From: Eledone cirrhosa
Taxonomy: Eukaryota
Direction: 5' to 3'
Length of the DNA: 64,000 bases
NCBI GenBank assembly: GCA_964016885.1
Contig: OZ024742.1
Location: 202,430,001 to 202,494,000, forward strand
Shown here: piece by piece, positions 1 through 15,619 of the stretch
How the letters are laid out: the number at the start of each line of letters is the position of its first letter
Numbering within the stretch: the first letter of the stretch is position 1
Made by a program: the position numbers and the translations under genes
The notes under the pieces: generated by a model
What the model was told of the DNA's origin: nothing
Seen by the model: the letters and a program-made list of their open reading frames with translations, nothing else
Databases searched by the model: none

Positions 1-214
1 TCCCGAGATGAGAATGAATGATGTGTAAGCAATTCTGTCCAGTGCCGAGTGCAAAGATAGAAGGCAGAGGCAGGGAGGTCAAGCTACTACCACTATAAAT
101 AGCAGCAGTCAAAACGACCAAATTTCATATATATATATATAAATGGAAAAAATGAAACGAAATTTCATTTCTCACGCTTAGTACGGCTGTTAAATACATA
201 TACATACTTATATT

Positions 215-1278
<1,064 letters not shown>

Positions 1279-1290
1279 CTATATATAATG

Positions 1291-3823
1291 CTAGCAGAAG
1301 TACCCGGCGTTGCCCGGGTGTAAGTCGACCTTTGCTCTGTTAGAATGTGTGAAAATTACTTCCCGCGCATCACAGGTTCAAAACTTCGAACTTCAATGAA
1401 AAAAATAGGTTAGTAGACACAGGTGTGTAATTTATTAATTGTAGTTACACAGTGTATCGTTGAAATTGTTCTCTGCACGACTGACGGAAGTCAAAATCGC
1501 TTGATATTGAATGTTCAATTAATTTAAAAGCAGGGTGAAAATGTCGATTACTTTCAGGGGGTTTTTTTTTTAACAATTTTTGCGGTCACATATGCAGAAG
1601 AAGAATTAAAAGGGCCTTTATTTTAACCGCGGCATAATGGCGAGTCTTTTGTGACAGTTTTCAAGAATATAGGACGTTCCTGTAAAAAGTTTTCCCATGT
1701 GTAACTTTGCCTTGCTTTTTTGCGCAAAGTCGAGCCCCGCTTCAGTTTTATTGATTTTTTACATCAATGCGTGATCTCTGAAGTAGATTTGAGTAGCTAA
1801 AAACCTGTCCCGGTAAATTTGCTATAGGTGAAAAAAAGTTGATCAAAATTGTATCTAGGGTTATTGCCCTTTGCCACAGCCTCAAGCCTCGTCTGACGGG
1901 ATGTTGGTGATTCCTCCGTCAGCGCTTGTTGGCGACGAAGGCGAACATCAGCAAGCCTTGTCGTACGTGATGTTGGTGACTCAACCAGCCGGGAAAGACG
2001 TCTATCAGCGAGTCGAGATTCGCGCTCAGCAGGTGTTTCCTAGAGAAAATTAATTAAATCTACTGGTTAGCTAAGCCAATGGCAGTGTCAATAGTAAATG
2101 AGAAAAGTCTAACATGAACAAAAGGGAATCAAGGTAAGACAATAAATTTAATATAACTACGATTAGAATGTTGTAGTTGCTTAAAAGTGATGACAGTTAG
2201 GATAAACGCAGTACTTGCTAACATTAAGGGAGAATATTGCATAAAGGATTAATTAATTGTGAATGAACTCATACCTGAGAACGCCTAATTCGTTGTCTCA
2301 AAGCAGTAGCTGTACCTTTTTTGGAGGTAAGTCTTGAACGTTTCCGAGTTGGCATAACGACGTGTAACGAAGCTGTTAGGTTAGAGAGAGGTGATTAAAT
2401 ACAGAGAGAGATGACACCAGATTCGTTAGCATGGTTACTGGTGAATGGGAAGGTTTGGAAATATGATTACAATAACTTACCGAATTTTCCGGTCTATAAA
2501 TTGCACTTAAAATAATTAAATTTAATCAAAAAACAGCTCTGCGCTTTATACTCCGGTGAGCCTTATGTATAAATAATACAATGGTAATCAATCACGGCTC
2601 TAACAGAAGTAATATATCTAGACTAAAAGTAAAGAAGATAGCATTTTCCTGGTTGGCCTTACACGCCGTTGCGCGGACCTGATTTTAAATGATACGCCTT
2701 ATATCCTGGTGAGCCTTATAGAGCGGAAAATATCTATTGGAAAAGAATACGAATTCATAACCAAGGTGTGACAAAATAGGCGTCTATACAGCGCCTGAAA
2801 CAAACTTGTCCAAAACCCTAGGATTTTTCTCGTTATGTATCCACCCAAAAGGAACCGTTTTTTAGTTACAAATAATAACCAAAGTGTATAGTAGCTATAT
2901 TTCTGACATATCATGCCAAAAAGAACAATATATTCAAAAATGTTCTAAAGTACATTCAATCTCTCTTTTTGACCGATATCTTAATAAGCAAGTTATCGAT
3001 TTTTTATTGGCTGTCAGTGTCTATCTGCATCCAGGTGTGCACGTGTGCGCAATTAATTGCAAATACGCTCATAACATTTAGTCGTAAGCAGAACAAAACA
3101 TGCCATTAGAGCTGGGCTAATAATGAAGACACAAACCCTCGTGAACTTACGTTTAAACACCCGAAAAGTTACTCACTTCCTGGGCAAAAGACTGTATTAT
3201 AAATTAAGTAATTTTTTAGAATCTTTTGTTTAAAAAAGGAAAACATTGGTACGGACGTAACATTTTTTACAACTTTGTATGTGTACAATACAACTTGGTC
3301 AACGTATTATTTAGTAATTTTTTTTTTCAAAAAGCATGATTATTTAAGACTGTTTGAAAATTTACTCACAGCTTTTAGCATCACAAAAGACACCATTAAA
3401 TTTGGTTCCTTTTTCAGATAGGGATAATACTGTATTTCCACTTGAATAAGGTGGAATATGAAAAGATAAACTCTTTAATGGTCGGTCGTTTACTGAGACA
3501 GCTGGGAAGACATGCAGCTGGCCGTCCAATCAATAACGCACATCCTTATATGGGCATATGAAATTTATTTTTATTGCGCCAGATGTAAACTAAGAGTTCT
3601 TGTGTTCGAATTCACATAAAATTTCATTGGAATCGAAAAACATTCTGTGATAGGGCCCGATTATCGATTTTTCAAAAATTTCAAGTAGCCTATTCCACTC
3701 TACGCGTTGAGTTTTATATATGTGTGAGGTTTCATGAAAATTGGATGAACGGTGTAGCATGCAAGTTCGGAACACCAAACAATGCCCATCTTCCCTTTAT
3801 ATATATATATATATATATATAGA
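1291..3823 (-). mobile_element. Non-autonomous Helitron
   Basis: On the minus strand it starts TCTATATATA (3823) and ends CTAG (1291-1294), with a subterminal GC hairpin acccgg-cgttgc-ccgggt (1302-1319); no TSD; it splits a tandem SINE junction. Confidence 0.7.
2478..2736. mobile_element. Tc1/mariner-superfamily (pogo/Tigger-like) MITE nested in the Helitron
   Basis: Imperfect TIRs ta-ccgaattttccggtctataa ... ttatagagcggaaaatatc-ta. Confidence 0.55.
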
Positions 3824-4197
3824 TTAATTGTTTCTACTTTTGGCACAAGGCCAGCAATTCACTAGTACATTACTGGTACTATATTTTATGGACCCCGTAA
3901 GAATGAAAAGCAAAGTTTACCTCGGCGGGATTTGAACTCAGAATGGCAAGGGTCGTAACTATATGCATCAAAGCATGCCGTCCAACCCTCTACCGATACT
4001 GCCAATCCACCGCCCTCTTTATATATAATATTAATTGCTTCTACTTTTGGCACAAGGCCAGTAATTACCCAGTACATTACTGGTAGTTTATTTTATCGAC
4101 CCCGTAAGGATGAAATGTAAAGTTGAACTCAGACCATAAAGGGCCGTAACTCTTTGCTGCAAAGCATGGCGTCCGAGCCTCTACCGATACTGCCAAT
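3824..4197 (-). mobile_element. Two tandem tRNA-derived SINE copies (3824-4013 and 4030-4197)
   Basis: Same consensus as 1085-1278. Confidence 0.8.
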
Positions 4198-4338
4198 TAT
4201 AATATTAATGAGAGTAAATTATACTCATTTACTAGGTGTTTTTAAGCTCAATCCAATGATAGGATCATGCAGAGTCGTTATGTATTAACAGTTTGTTTAC
4301 AAACCAATGAATTTAAGAGTTATAAGCCATTACAATTG

Positions 4339-4465
<127 letters not shown>

Positions 4466-4467
4466 AT

Positions 4468-4620
4468 GCGCGAGGTTGTGCTGAAAATTTCTTGGCTTTG
4501 CCAAAAGGAATTGAGGAGGAACAGGTAATTATTATTTTATTCAACATATTCCCTCTCAGATTCACACACTTCTTGCAGCAATTCTTCAGTTTTACCAAGC
4601 CCTGTAAAAAGAACTCAATG
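4468..4620. mobile_element. Mariner-like terminal fragment
   Basis: cgaggttgtgctgaaaatttcttggctttg resembles mariner TIR ends; recognised from memory only, no partner TIR seen. Confidence 0.35.
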
Positions 4621-5374
4621 AGTGTATATGAATTTTCTTAAAATTATAGGAATCTCAACGCGGAGTGGGGGTAGTTGTGAACAACTGATTGCTATATGGA
4701 TAACAAAAGGAAGGTTACATTGTAATCACATATTCAGCGGAAACGGAGAGGCGGAGAGAATGAAAGAAAGAGAGTCTAAAGCATAAGAGAAATGAGAGGG
4801 GTATAGAGAGATAGAGAAGAGAAAAGGAGTAGAGAAAGATAGGAATGAGGGAGGAAAATATATTTGGAGAATTGTGAAAGGTGAAAAATGATGGAGAAAG
4901 GATGAAGAATGTCAACTAAAGAGAAAGACAGAAATATAATTTCATGATGACCTCTTCAGATTCCTTTTAGATCCACACGGTTTCGCGTGTGTATGAGTGA
5001 GAGTGGGTGTATGTATTAGGTAACTCAGTAGATTTGTGGTTTAATGAGGACGGTACTATAGCAGAGGGTATATATTAAGTAGAAGGAAACGAGGTTTTAC
5101 ATTGAGGGTTTTATTCATTAGGCTCAGTTACAAACATTTCACAAAGTATGAACCCAAGATCTATATTTTCATTATAGATTCGACTCGATCACCAAGCAAC
5201 TCATCGGACTTAATCAAGCAAAACCAGGAGCTCGTCTCGAGGATGAGATTCAGTTTTGCTTGGTTAATGTGAAACCTCGTTTTGTCAAAAGTATATGCAT
5301 ATATATATATATGTGCGTGTGTGTATGTGTGTGAGTGTGTATGTGAGTGTGTGTGTATGTGTGTGTGTGTGTGT

Positions 5375-5421
<47 letters not shown>

Positions 5422-5619
5422 CATACATACAGATAATCATTAAGGAGGTTACAGAATGTGTGACGAGAAGAAAGAACTTTGAGAAACGCATGACTAAGGA
5501 GAAATAAAATAAAGGTGAGTGAAAATTATATGGGGCGTGTGTTTCTATTGGCAATCGTGGCAACATGTCGATTCCCTAATATATATGGAGAAAAACCACA
5601 GACCCTCCATCTCAACTCT

Positions 5620-5657
5620 ACTTTTGAAAAGCAGAAGAACTGCGAAACCGGTAAAGG
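5620..5657 (+). ncRNA. Minimal type I hammerhead ribozyme, U3-A8 core variant
   Basis: ctt-TTGAAAA-gcag(aagaa)ctgc-GAAAC-cg-GTA-aag; same family as the 14.5 kb and 20.6 kb copies. Confidence 0.65.
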
Positions 5658-5787
5658 AACCAAATAAATATATATATATTTTTAAAAACAAGACTCCAGT
5701 TGCATTTTCGATTTCATCTTTTTTTCTTTATACTTTCACTCGCGTAGGACACCTCGGTTATTTTTCATTTTATAAAAAAAACCTCAC

Positions 5788-5849
<62 letters not shown>

Positions 5850-5852
<3 letters not shown>

Positions 5853-6056
5853 CACGAGTAGGACCTCGATAGCTGAGCTCAATCCGTTTCGACGGCTAAC
5901 TCTGGACTAAATATAGTCCAGCATTAGCCGTCGAAACGGCTTGAGCTCAGCCGTCGGGGTCGTACTCGTTCCTATTACTCACTCTATTACTAACCTAAGT
6001 ATTGAGTACTTTGGTGCGTTATGGTCCATCTGGTTCCTTACCACATTTCCTTCGTT
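5850..6056 (+). mobile_element. Fold-back PLE-type terminal fragment holding only the 3' half of an HHR
   Basis: Inverted arms 5851-5898 and 5925-5972; GAAACggct-tgagctc-agccGTC; related copies at 21320-21512, 37945-38090 and 41986-42121. Confidence 0.55.
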
Positions 6057-6236
6057 ATATATATATATATATATATATATAACGTATTGAAGTTTCCGTT
6101 GAAAATTGAAAAAAGTCATAGGAGTAAAGAGTGCTCTATGTAAGTACCCGAGCAAAATTAATCTCTTGCATTACTTTTATTTATATATTTTTTGCATTTC
6201 TTGAGGAGACTTTCCAAATATTTCACTATGTTTTAT

Positions 6237-6310
6237 ATTACCTTGTCCGACGAATGAGGACGTTTTTTTCGTATTCGTCTTATTCGGGAAACCTCTGGTA
6301 ATGAGGTAAT
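6237..6310 (+). ncRNA. pLTR hammerhead-like motif, U4C core (second copy 9902-9979)
   Basis: 10-bp stem I attaccttgt/atgaggtaat; CCGACGA; long stem II; GAAAC-ctctg-GTA. Confidence 0.6.
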
Positions 6311-6530
6311 TATATTGTATTGTTTATTATACATTAAATTTTGCTCTGGTACTTACATAGAGCACTCTTCACTCCTATGACTTTTTCAATTTTCAACGGA
6401 AACTTCAATACTTATACAGCTCCCAAGTGAATGATCGCAGCATATTCTACATTTTTATGAGATTGGCACCTTCCAGCCCTATTAAAGTCGAGCACTCTTC
6501 AGTCAATAGGATTTTAAACCAATACTGAAC

Positions 6531-8591
6531 ATGGATAAATATCCTATCAAGAATATCCCAACACCTTCTAACACTTCCTACACGAAAATGCTGATAGACA
6601 AAGTAGAGAAGGTTGTTAAAAGAATGAGATGGAAAGCTTTGATTCTCGATGGACACTTTAACACGGACTCTACGGAACATTTTGATATCAAAACTCATAA
6701 ATACCCGCAAAGAGTAAAATATATGACCGCTTTTGAACTAGACTTAGTTAATCTAATCAACAATATCAATTTTCGTAAGTACTCTAACCCTTTTCAATCT
6801 AAACTATCTAATGATATTTCAATATTCAAATCTTCTAAAAATAAGTTCATTTTCTCCGACAAAACTAAAAACTTATACGAAGTTAATAATAATTTACATG
6901 GCCAACTCTTAATAGATAACATCACCTCTAAATACCAAATAGCTAATATAAACACGTATCATAATATAAATAAGGAAGCTAAAGAATTAGCTAGTTCTTT
7001 AAAAATAGATAATAGGACAGAAAAACTTGCTAAACGTAATGAACCCTTAAAGATCACAAACCTGACTTTATTAATCGTCCCAGTTGTAGATTAATCAATC
7101 CTGCCAAGACTGATATCGGTCTTGCCGGCAAACATTTTTTAAATAATATAAACACACACATTAGAAGTAAGTCTAAATTACTCCAATGGATAAATAGCTC
7201 TTCCGTAGTACATTGGTTTAATAAAATTAAAGATAAAAATAGTTCTAGATTCACCCAATTTGACATTGTAGATTTCTACCCGTCTATCACTCAGACTCTT
7301 TTAGCGAAAACCTTAAATTTCGCTAGAAAGTTTACCAATATCTCTGATATTGAAGAGAATGTCACCTTGCATGCTAGAAACACTCTACTCTTTACTGATA
7401 ATGACACTTGGGTAAAAATATCTAACCCAGAGAACCCATTCGATGTCTCAATGGGCTCTTTTGACAGTACTGATGTTTGTGATTTAGTCGGCCTATTCCT
7501 CCTACACACACTTAGAGAAAAATTCCCTAACCATATTTTTGGGCTTTATCGCGACGATGGTCTAATACTTTCCCATACCACCATAGGCCATAACTTAGAT
7601 AGATTAAGGAAAGACTTAATAAAAACCTTTGCTAGTTTTAATCTTAAAACTACTATTGACACTAATCTTTACAATGTTAATTTTCTAGATATAAACCTAG
7701 ATTTGCCTACTGCTTCTTATAAACCATACCATAAACCTAATGAAAATTTAAAATATATAAATAAAGGCTCTTGCCATCCTCCTATAATTTTTAAAAGGCC
7801 TTATCCCTAATATTAGCCGTAGGATCTCCACCCTCTCTTCCTCAGAAGATATTTTCAATAAGGCATCCCCCTACTATAATAAAGCCCTTCAAAATAGCGG
7901 ATTTAGCGAACCGATTAAATACATACCCAACAATACTAACTCTTTTAAACATAATAATAGGAAAAGAAAAATAATTTGGTTCACACCCCCCTACTCTCTA
8001 GCAGTTAAAACTAATGTAGGCAAAATATTCCTAGAGCTCTTAGATAAACATTTCCCTAGAACACATAGATACTATAAGATCTTCAATAGAAACTGTGTCA
8101 AAATTAGCTACTCCTGCGGTCCCCCTATTAAATCTTATGTCATCAATAAGAAATCACCCAGAGAACATCAAAATTGCTCCTGTAGAGTCAAAAGTGAATG
8201 CACATTACAAGGTAAATGCAACACCAAAGCCATTGTATATGCGGCTAAAGTGACAACCATCAGTAACAACCAACCAGCCACCAGCGAACGATATGTGAGT
8301 ATGACACAAGACAAATTGAAAACGCGTTATTACTCACATGTCGCATCTTTCCGACATCCAGAAAAAAGATTCACAACAGCTCTGGCTAGCAGAATATGGG
8401 ATTTGAAAGACCAAGGTATCCAATATAAATTGGATCGGTCAATTTTGAACCAATCTAAAGAATATGCAAGAGGAACAAGAAGATGCATACTCTGCATAAG
8501 TGAAAAATATTGGATTTTACAAAACCTTAAATCACCAAAAACCTGCCTAAATACAAAAAAACAGAAATGTTCACCAGTTGCCCACACATGA
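6531..8591 (+). pseudogene. Frameshifted PLE ORF (reverse transcriptase + C-terminal GIY-YIG endonuclease)
   Basis: KNIPTPS...KRMRWKA N-terminus; MGSFDSTDVCDLVG and GLYRDDGL RT motifs; CSC..C...C linker; YVSMT..KTRYYSH; CILCISEK; several frameshifts. Confidence 0.9.
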
Positions 8592-10001
8592 AATCACACT
8601 TGCTTTCCAGCTCATATAAACTTAACTCACTTTCAGATACTTATCCTCCATAAACTCTTATTCTTCACTTTCCTTAAATTATTCTCTTTACAGACTTCTC
8701 TTTCTGATTTACTTTCATTTTTAACTTTATTTTTAATTTAATTTTTTTTTTTTTTTTTTTACTTCACATCCACCAGTAACCCCCCTACTCTTCGATTCAC
8801 TTACCTAATATCTTCACATTCCACATTTTACTTCCCCATTTTCTTTCACTACCTGTTTTCTAGTCACTTGCGTTTTCCACTCCAGATATATTCTGTTGTT
8901 TCGCAGCCGATTTTATATTTGTACTCATTTATTCATAAGGCTGCTTTATACTCTGCATCTATGTGTCTGAGTGTGCTTATGTGTGTATACGTTATGTATA
9001 TGTATACGAACGCCTCCGTATGTGTGCGTGTGTACGTGTATATATATGTGTGTATGTGTGTTTTTATATCTATGTTTTTACATCTATGTTTTTTACATTC
9101 TTATTTTACGTGTGTGTGTAAGCGGGTGAATGTACGTGAATGTGTATGTATGTGTGTATATATGTATATGTATGTATGGGTGTGTATGTGTATATATATA
9201 TAGTCGCGTACGTACGTATGATTAGATATACATGGGGCGTTATATATATATACGTGCCTCGTATGTATGTATGTACGCATGCATGCGCTTTTGTCTGTAC
9301 GTATTTGTGTTTATAAGTATTTTTTTTATAGATATGTTTTTTATAGATATATGTGTAAGTACGTGCGTACCTATGTTTGTTTTCTTTTCTCTAGTGTTAA
9401 TTGATTACTTTCTCTTTCATTTAAACATTTTTTTCATTCTCATATACTGTTTCGTTTTTATACATATATCGAGAATGACACTTCTTTTTACTATTACACT
9501 CCCTTCCATCTTTATCTTCCGCATATAAATGATCGCGCGTGTGTGTGTGTTTATACGCGTGCTTTCATACTCGTATGTGTATTTAATACCTGTATCTGGA
9601 TGCGTGTTAACTATATTATGATTTTCTTTTTCAATTCATATTATATCCGTATTTGTGGTCACATATACACAAATATACTTGCCCTCATATATGTACTTAT
9701 GCACACATTTTCACCATACACATGCATTTGTACATACACACATATGTACATTTGTGAGTGTATATACATACATATACACATACCTAACTATATTTCCTTA
9801 TATATTTTTTAATATTTTTTAATATATCTCTTGCATTACTTTTATTTATATATTTTTTGCATTTCTTGAGGAGACTTTCCAAATATTTCACTATGTTTTA
9901 TATTACCTTGTCCGACGAACGAATGAGGACGTTTTTTTCGTATTCGTCTTATTCGGGAAATCTCTGGTAATGAGGTAATTATATTGTATTGTTCATTATA
10001 C

Positions 10002-10057
<56 letters not shown>

Positions 10058-10098
10058 CGAAACATAAGTCAATTGCATGAACTCATAATTCTTTATTT

Positions 10099-10154
10099 AC
10101 TGCTATATATATTTCGATGATAGCCATTGAATGGCTATGACCTCATCAGGCAGT
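10099..10154 (-). ncRNA. Type I hammerhead ribozyme
   Basis: actgc-CTGATGA-ggtcatagccat(tca)atggctatcatc-GAAAT-atat-ATA-gcagt. Confidence 0.8.
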
Positions 10155-10218
10155 TAGTCAGTTCTTAGATGTGCCAGCTCTGTGTTTAAAGTGTTGATGG
10201 TATCAGAGCCTTGGGACA

Positions 10219-10268
<50 letters not shown>

Positions 10269-11141
10269 AACATAAATTATCGAGATTCGCATTTCGGCCC
10301 ACGAAATAACGAAAAACAACCTCCGAGACTATTGCTGACTCCACGTGGGGATCGGCAAGGGAGGCAGCCCCTATATCACGCGAATAAATTCAGTTGTGTA
10401 TATTTTTGCAAGAATGCAAAAACATCACAAATCGAATAGAGTTCTCGACACAAGGGTTAAAATTAACATAAGCTATTCATCAGTCAATAGAATCAACTAA
10501 AAAATCAAGAAAATTAACTGGTCAATAGCTAGAGTCTGGAGATAAATACAAACATAAATTATCGAGATTCGTATTTCGGCCGACGAAATAACGAAAAACA
10601 ACCTCCGACATGTGAGGCAAGTGCTCAATGATTCAGATGAACCAGAGCTATAACAAACGTTAAAGGCCAAACACACTAAGACGATGGTTAAACAATCATT
10701 CACATAGCCCCAAAAAAAACGATCAAGTAATTCGGGTATTGAAAATTTACCCGGACCCGTGGAAGGTTGGTAAAATCCAGTATTTGGGTTTCTGCGGCTC
10801 CTAAATCAAGTACCGTCCGCTTACATAAATAATGTCAGGCTTCTGGTAAGATGATTGAACAAGGAAGCCACTTTCTCAACAGGTTTCAGTTCAATGTTAA
10901 TACAAGGACTGACTATTGCTGACCCCACGTGGGGATCGGCAAGGGAGGCAGCCCCTATATCAGGCGAATAAATTCAGTTGTGTATATTTTTGCAAGAATG
11001 CAAAAACATCACAAATCGAATAGAGTTCTCGACCTTCACTGTTTAGGGTTTAAAATATATATAACTATAAAAATGTTTAGTATATACATAACCATAAATA
11101 GTATCCTTAATATTATATTTAAGTATATATATATATATATA

Positions 11142-11205
<64 letters not shown>

Positions 11206-11370
11206 TATATATATACATATATATATATATACATATATATATATTAGGGTAAACATTGATGCAATTCAATTCAAGCACTCAACGTACTTTTTCCACATAG
11301 GAGTGACGGAGTAAATATCGAATAAGTAAAAGCGAAGTAGTTTCAGATGTTCAAGTCCTTTAATAATAAT

Positions 11371-11444
11371 GCTGTGATATATATTTCAATGACGACACTG
11401 GCCACACTGTTCTGTGTGCGAGTGTCGTGACATCATCAGACAGC
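11371..11444 (-). ncRNA. Type I hammerhead ribozyme
   Basis: gctgt-CTGATGA-long stem II (acgacact...agtgtcgt)-GAAAT-atat-ATC-acagc. Confidence 0.8.
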
Positions 11445-12959
11445 TTGTTACATAATAAGATTGTTTCCGAGGCAATCCAAATTGAATCGACATGGGAACG
11501 GATGAAGTTCGTGCTTTTGGATTTTAAATCCGTTCCCTTGTGAATACCAATTCACCCCCACCGGTCTGCGCAAGCGCATGTCTGAAGGAAGTTGACCATT
11601 AGCACCGCAGATTTCAACGAAATTCGCTGTCAGTGGCCCACCTATGCCTTGCCAAAGTTTACTGCTACCCATCGTTACTGTGGCAGTCAGCCGAAAGCCA
11701 GAGGGGATGGGAGGGTGTTAGTTTTTATAGGTCATAATACTACCTTTCACTAATCGTTGACAGTAAGACTGACCATCAACTCATAAGGGAAAATAAACTT
11801 AATTCTAGGTACTATGGTTTTACATAGTAAGTTAAGAGTGAGAGTTGGGAATAAAAATTAAAATTAAAAGTTAAAATCCTAAATCAAATATCAGAGATTA
11901 TGAATTAAACATCTATGATGTAACCGATATGGGGAGAAGAGAGGAACCAACCAAGAGCTACCCCGGAAATCCCCTCTACCATGGGGATGAAAAACCCCTG
12001 ACACTGGACGGGCGTAATAGTATCTTTCGGCAGGATAAATACGCGGAAACAAAAAATAAGATAAACCCCTATTTTCCTGCACAAAATCGCTTTTGAACAG
12101 AGGCCCCCTCAATTCAATCCATACATGGACAGATGGACAAAAATATGGATCATTTTACATATATGTACTCTGTGTTTTTGCATTTATTCACTATTGTCTC
12201 TGTTCTTTTCTTTTCTTTTGTGTACTTTATGCCTGTTTTTCTTTGACTCTGTTCCATGTGATGGAAAGTATGACCGTGTAACGGATTGACTAATGCCTTG
12301 AACCATGTGGTTTGCCCTTCGTTATAATGTACGGCACTGCCGTTCAATATCTGTAACACTAGAATCCCTCCCAGAACATATTACTTAAACATCTCTCTCA
12401 ATATTATTTATTCACTTCAATCTATATCTTTACTTAATCCGAATTATCACTTGAAAAAAATGTTTGAATTCAGAATTTTTGAATTCTTTATTGTTTAATT
12501 TATAATCTCTGATATTTGATTTAGGATTTTAACTTTTAATTTTAATTTTTATTCCCAACTCTCACTCTTAACTTACTATGTAAAACCATAGTACCTAGAA
12601 TTAAGTTTATTTTCCCTTATGAGTTGATGGTCAGTCTTACTGTCAACGCTTAGTGAAAGGTAGTATTATGACCTATAAAAACTAACACCCTCCCATCCCC
12701 TCTGGCTTTCGGCTGACTGCCACAGTAACGATGTGTAGCAGTAAAATTTGGCAAGGCATAGGTGGGCCACTGACAGCGAATTTCGTTGAAATCTGCGGTG
12801 CTAATGGTCAACTTCCTTCGGACATGCGCTTGCGCAGACCGGTGGGGGTGAATTGGTAATCACAAGGGAACGGCTGAAAAACCCAAAAGCACGAACTTCA
12901 TCCGTTCCCATGTCGATTCAATTTGGTTTGCCTCGGAAACAACCTTATTATGTAACAAT

Positions 12960-13032
12960 CTGTCTGATGATGTCACGACACTCGCACACAGAACAGTGTG
13001 GCCAGTGTCGTCATTGAAATATATATCACAGC
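12960..13032 (+). ncRNA. Type I hammerhead ribozyme (mirror copy)
   Basis: ctgt-CTGATGA(12964-12970)...GAAAT-atat-ATC-acag. Confidence 0.8.
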
Positions 13033-13217
13033 ATTATTATTAAAGGTCTTGAACATCTGAAACTACTTCGCTTTTACTTATTCGATACATATATATATAT
13101 ATGTGTGTGTATGTGTATATATATATGTGTGTGTGTGTATGTTTGTATGTGTGTATGTATATATATGTGTGTGTGTGTGTATGTATGTGTGGGTGTGTGT
13201 GTGTGTGTGTGTGTGTG

Positions 13218-13270
<53 letters not shown>

Positions 13271-13325
13271 ATATATATATGTGTGTATGTATGTGTGTAT
13301 CTGGATGTATGTGTATGTATATATA

Positions 13326-13372
<47 letters not shown>

Positions 13373-13822
13373 ATGTGTATATATGTGTGTGTGTGTATGT
13401 GTGTATGTATATGTATGTGTGTGTGTATGTATGTGTGTATATGTATATATATATATATATGTATATGTATATGTATGTATGTGTGGATGAAGGTATGTGT
13501 GTATATATAGGTGTAAGTGCACTAAATCCCTTTCTATCACGCTCCACTCTCCTACCCACCACAGGAAGATATGTGTATGTATATTGCTTCCACCCCCTCA
13601 CTGACCAGCAGCTGGCCAGTTGGCGATTGCTAAATCTGACCTTTATAAAATAACCCACACCCCAAATAACTTCTCATTCACTACCAGAAAGGGACACAGC
13701 AGTCAACCTGTTGTTGCTACCTAGATAAAAACTGCTATGAAATCCCACAATGTATTTTATACTTGAATTTTCAAATCTCAAATTTTAACTCTTCGTATTA
13801 TTAATTTTTCTTAATATTAATC

Positions 13823-13870
13823 AACATTTGAAAAGATGGCTTTTGCAGACCCATCGAAACCGGTCATTTT
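13823..13870 (+). ncRNA. Hammerhead motif, U3-A8 core, different family from the 5.6 kb copy
   Basis: aacat-TTGAAAA-gatgg...ccatc-GAAAC-cg-GTC-atttt (one stem I mismatch). Confidence 0.55.
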
Positions 13871-14006
13871 TTATACCCTTTATTATTTCCTTACCTTATA
13901 AAATTATGTTTTTTCACAAAAAAGTATTCTGTCTCTTATATATTCCATGTGCCATTACCAACCTCAATTTTCTCTATAACCTTCGTTTTGTGTAGAAAAT
14001 TACACT

Positions 14007-14063
<57 letters not shown>

Positions 14064-14185
14064 TGTATAGTATATTTGGCAATACACCGTATATTTAATT
14101 TAAAACATTTAGAAGACCATTCGCTATCAGTTTTAAAGCAGTGACTACTTATTTTCGGTGACATATAGAGCACAAATACAAATAC

Positions 14186-14775
<590 letters not shown>

Positions 14776-15059
14776 TTGAGTTAGAATTAAATAGCTCAAG
14801 GAAGGGAATCTTTCCGAGCCGTGTAATATAATTGAATATATGAGTGGTATGATATAATATTAAGCATACTATTTATGGTTATGTATATACTAAAACTTGT
14901 TATAGTTATATATATTTTAAACCCTAAACAGTGAAGGTCAGTAATTTATTACTACCTTATTACCAGTAAGATAAATAGCTCAATGTAATAACATCAGTTG
15001 TTCTACAGAGCAGTTATATAGAATTCACAAGAATCAAAGCTATGTTCAAAGCATTTATT

Positions 15060-15350
15060 CACTTACAATTGTTTCATCCAAACTAAAAACGTTAACTTCC
15101 TAGATGCCACCCTCTACCTAGACTCTAGGATATATATACACCATTCCATAAACCTAACGAAAAACTGATTTACGTAGATACCAAGTCTAATCACCCTAGA
15201 TCAATATTAAACTATATCTCTAAGGGAATATCCAATAGAATCTCTAATCTATCTTATGACGAAAACATATTTAGCAAAAACTCACAATATTATAATCAGG
15301 CATTAGCTAGATCAGGTCATAATAATGAAATCGAGTTCTACCTACAAAAA
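15060..15350 (+). pseudogene. PLE RT C-terminal fragment
   Basis: Reads VNFLDATL...PFHKPNEKLIYVDTKSNHPRSI, homologous to 7670-7900. Confidence 0.7.
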
Positions 15351-15437
15351 CACATAGTTACAACATTATTTTGCACAATATGTCCATGAGGAAAAATAGT
15401 AATAACGACTATGAGTTTAATCTCTAAATATAATATA

Positions 15438-15513
<76 letters not shown>

Positions 15514-15619
15514 AGGGGTATATATATATAATTAGACATTTTCACAGATACATATATGAGTTTGGCAATATTTCACAGTGTGGCTCGATGAAGAAATAAT
15601 TAAGCAAATAATCATTAAT

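Larger units (their letters stand above)
6084..10003 (+). mobile_element. Near-full-length Penelope-like retroelement with pseudo-LTRs and inverted 5' segment
   Basis: pLTR 6161-6332 repeated at 9827-10003; 6084-6162 is an inverted copy of 6335-6411; (TA)n on both sides; RT and GIY-YIG coding remnants inside. Confidence 0.9.
11317..13086. repeat. Large inverted repeat (~590-bp arms 11317-11903 and 12500-13086) of an HHR-bearing pLTR-like element
   Basis: The arms are near-identical reverse complements; microsatellites flank both ends. Confidence 0.9.

Noticed and set aside
2200-2460. Helitron helicase remnant
   Set aside because: Translation gave no convincing PIF1 motifs
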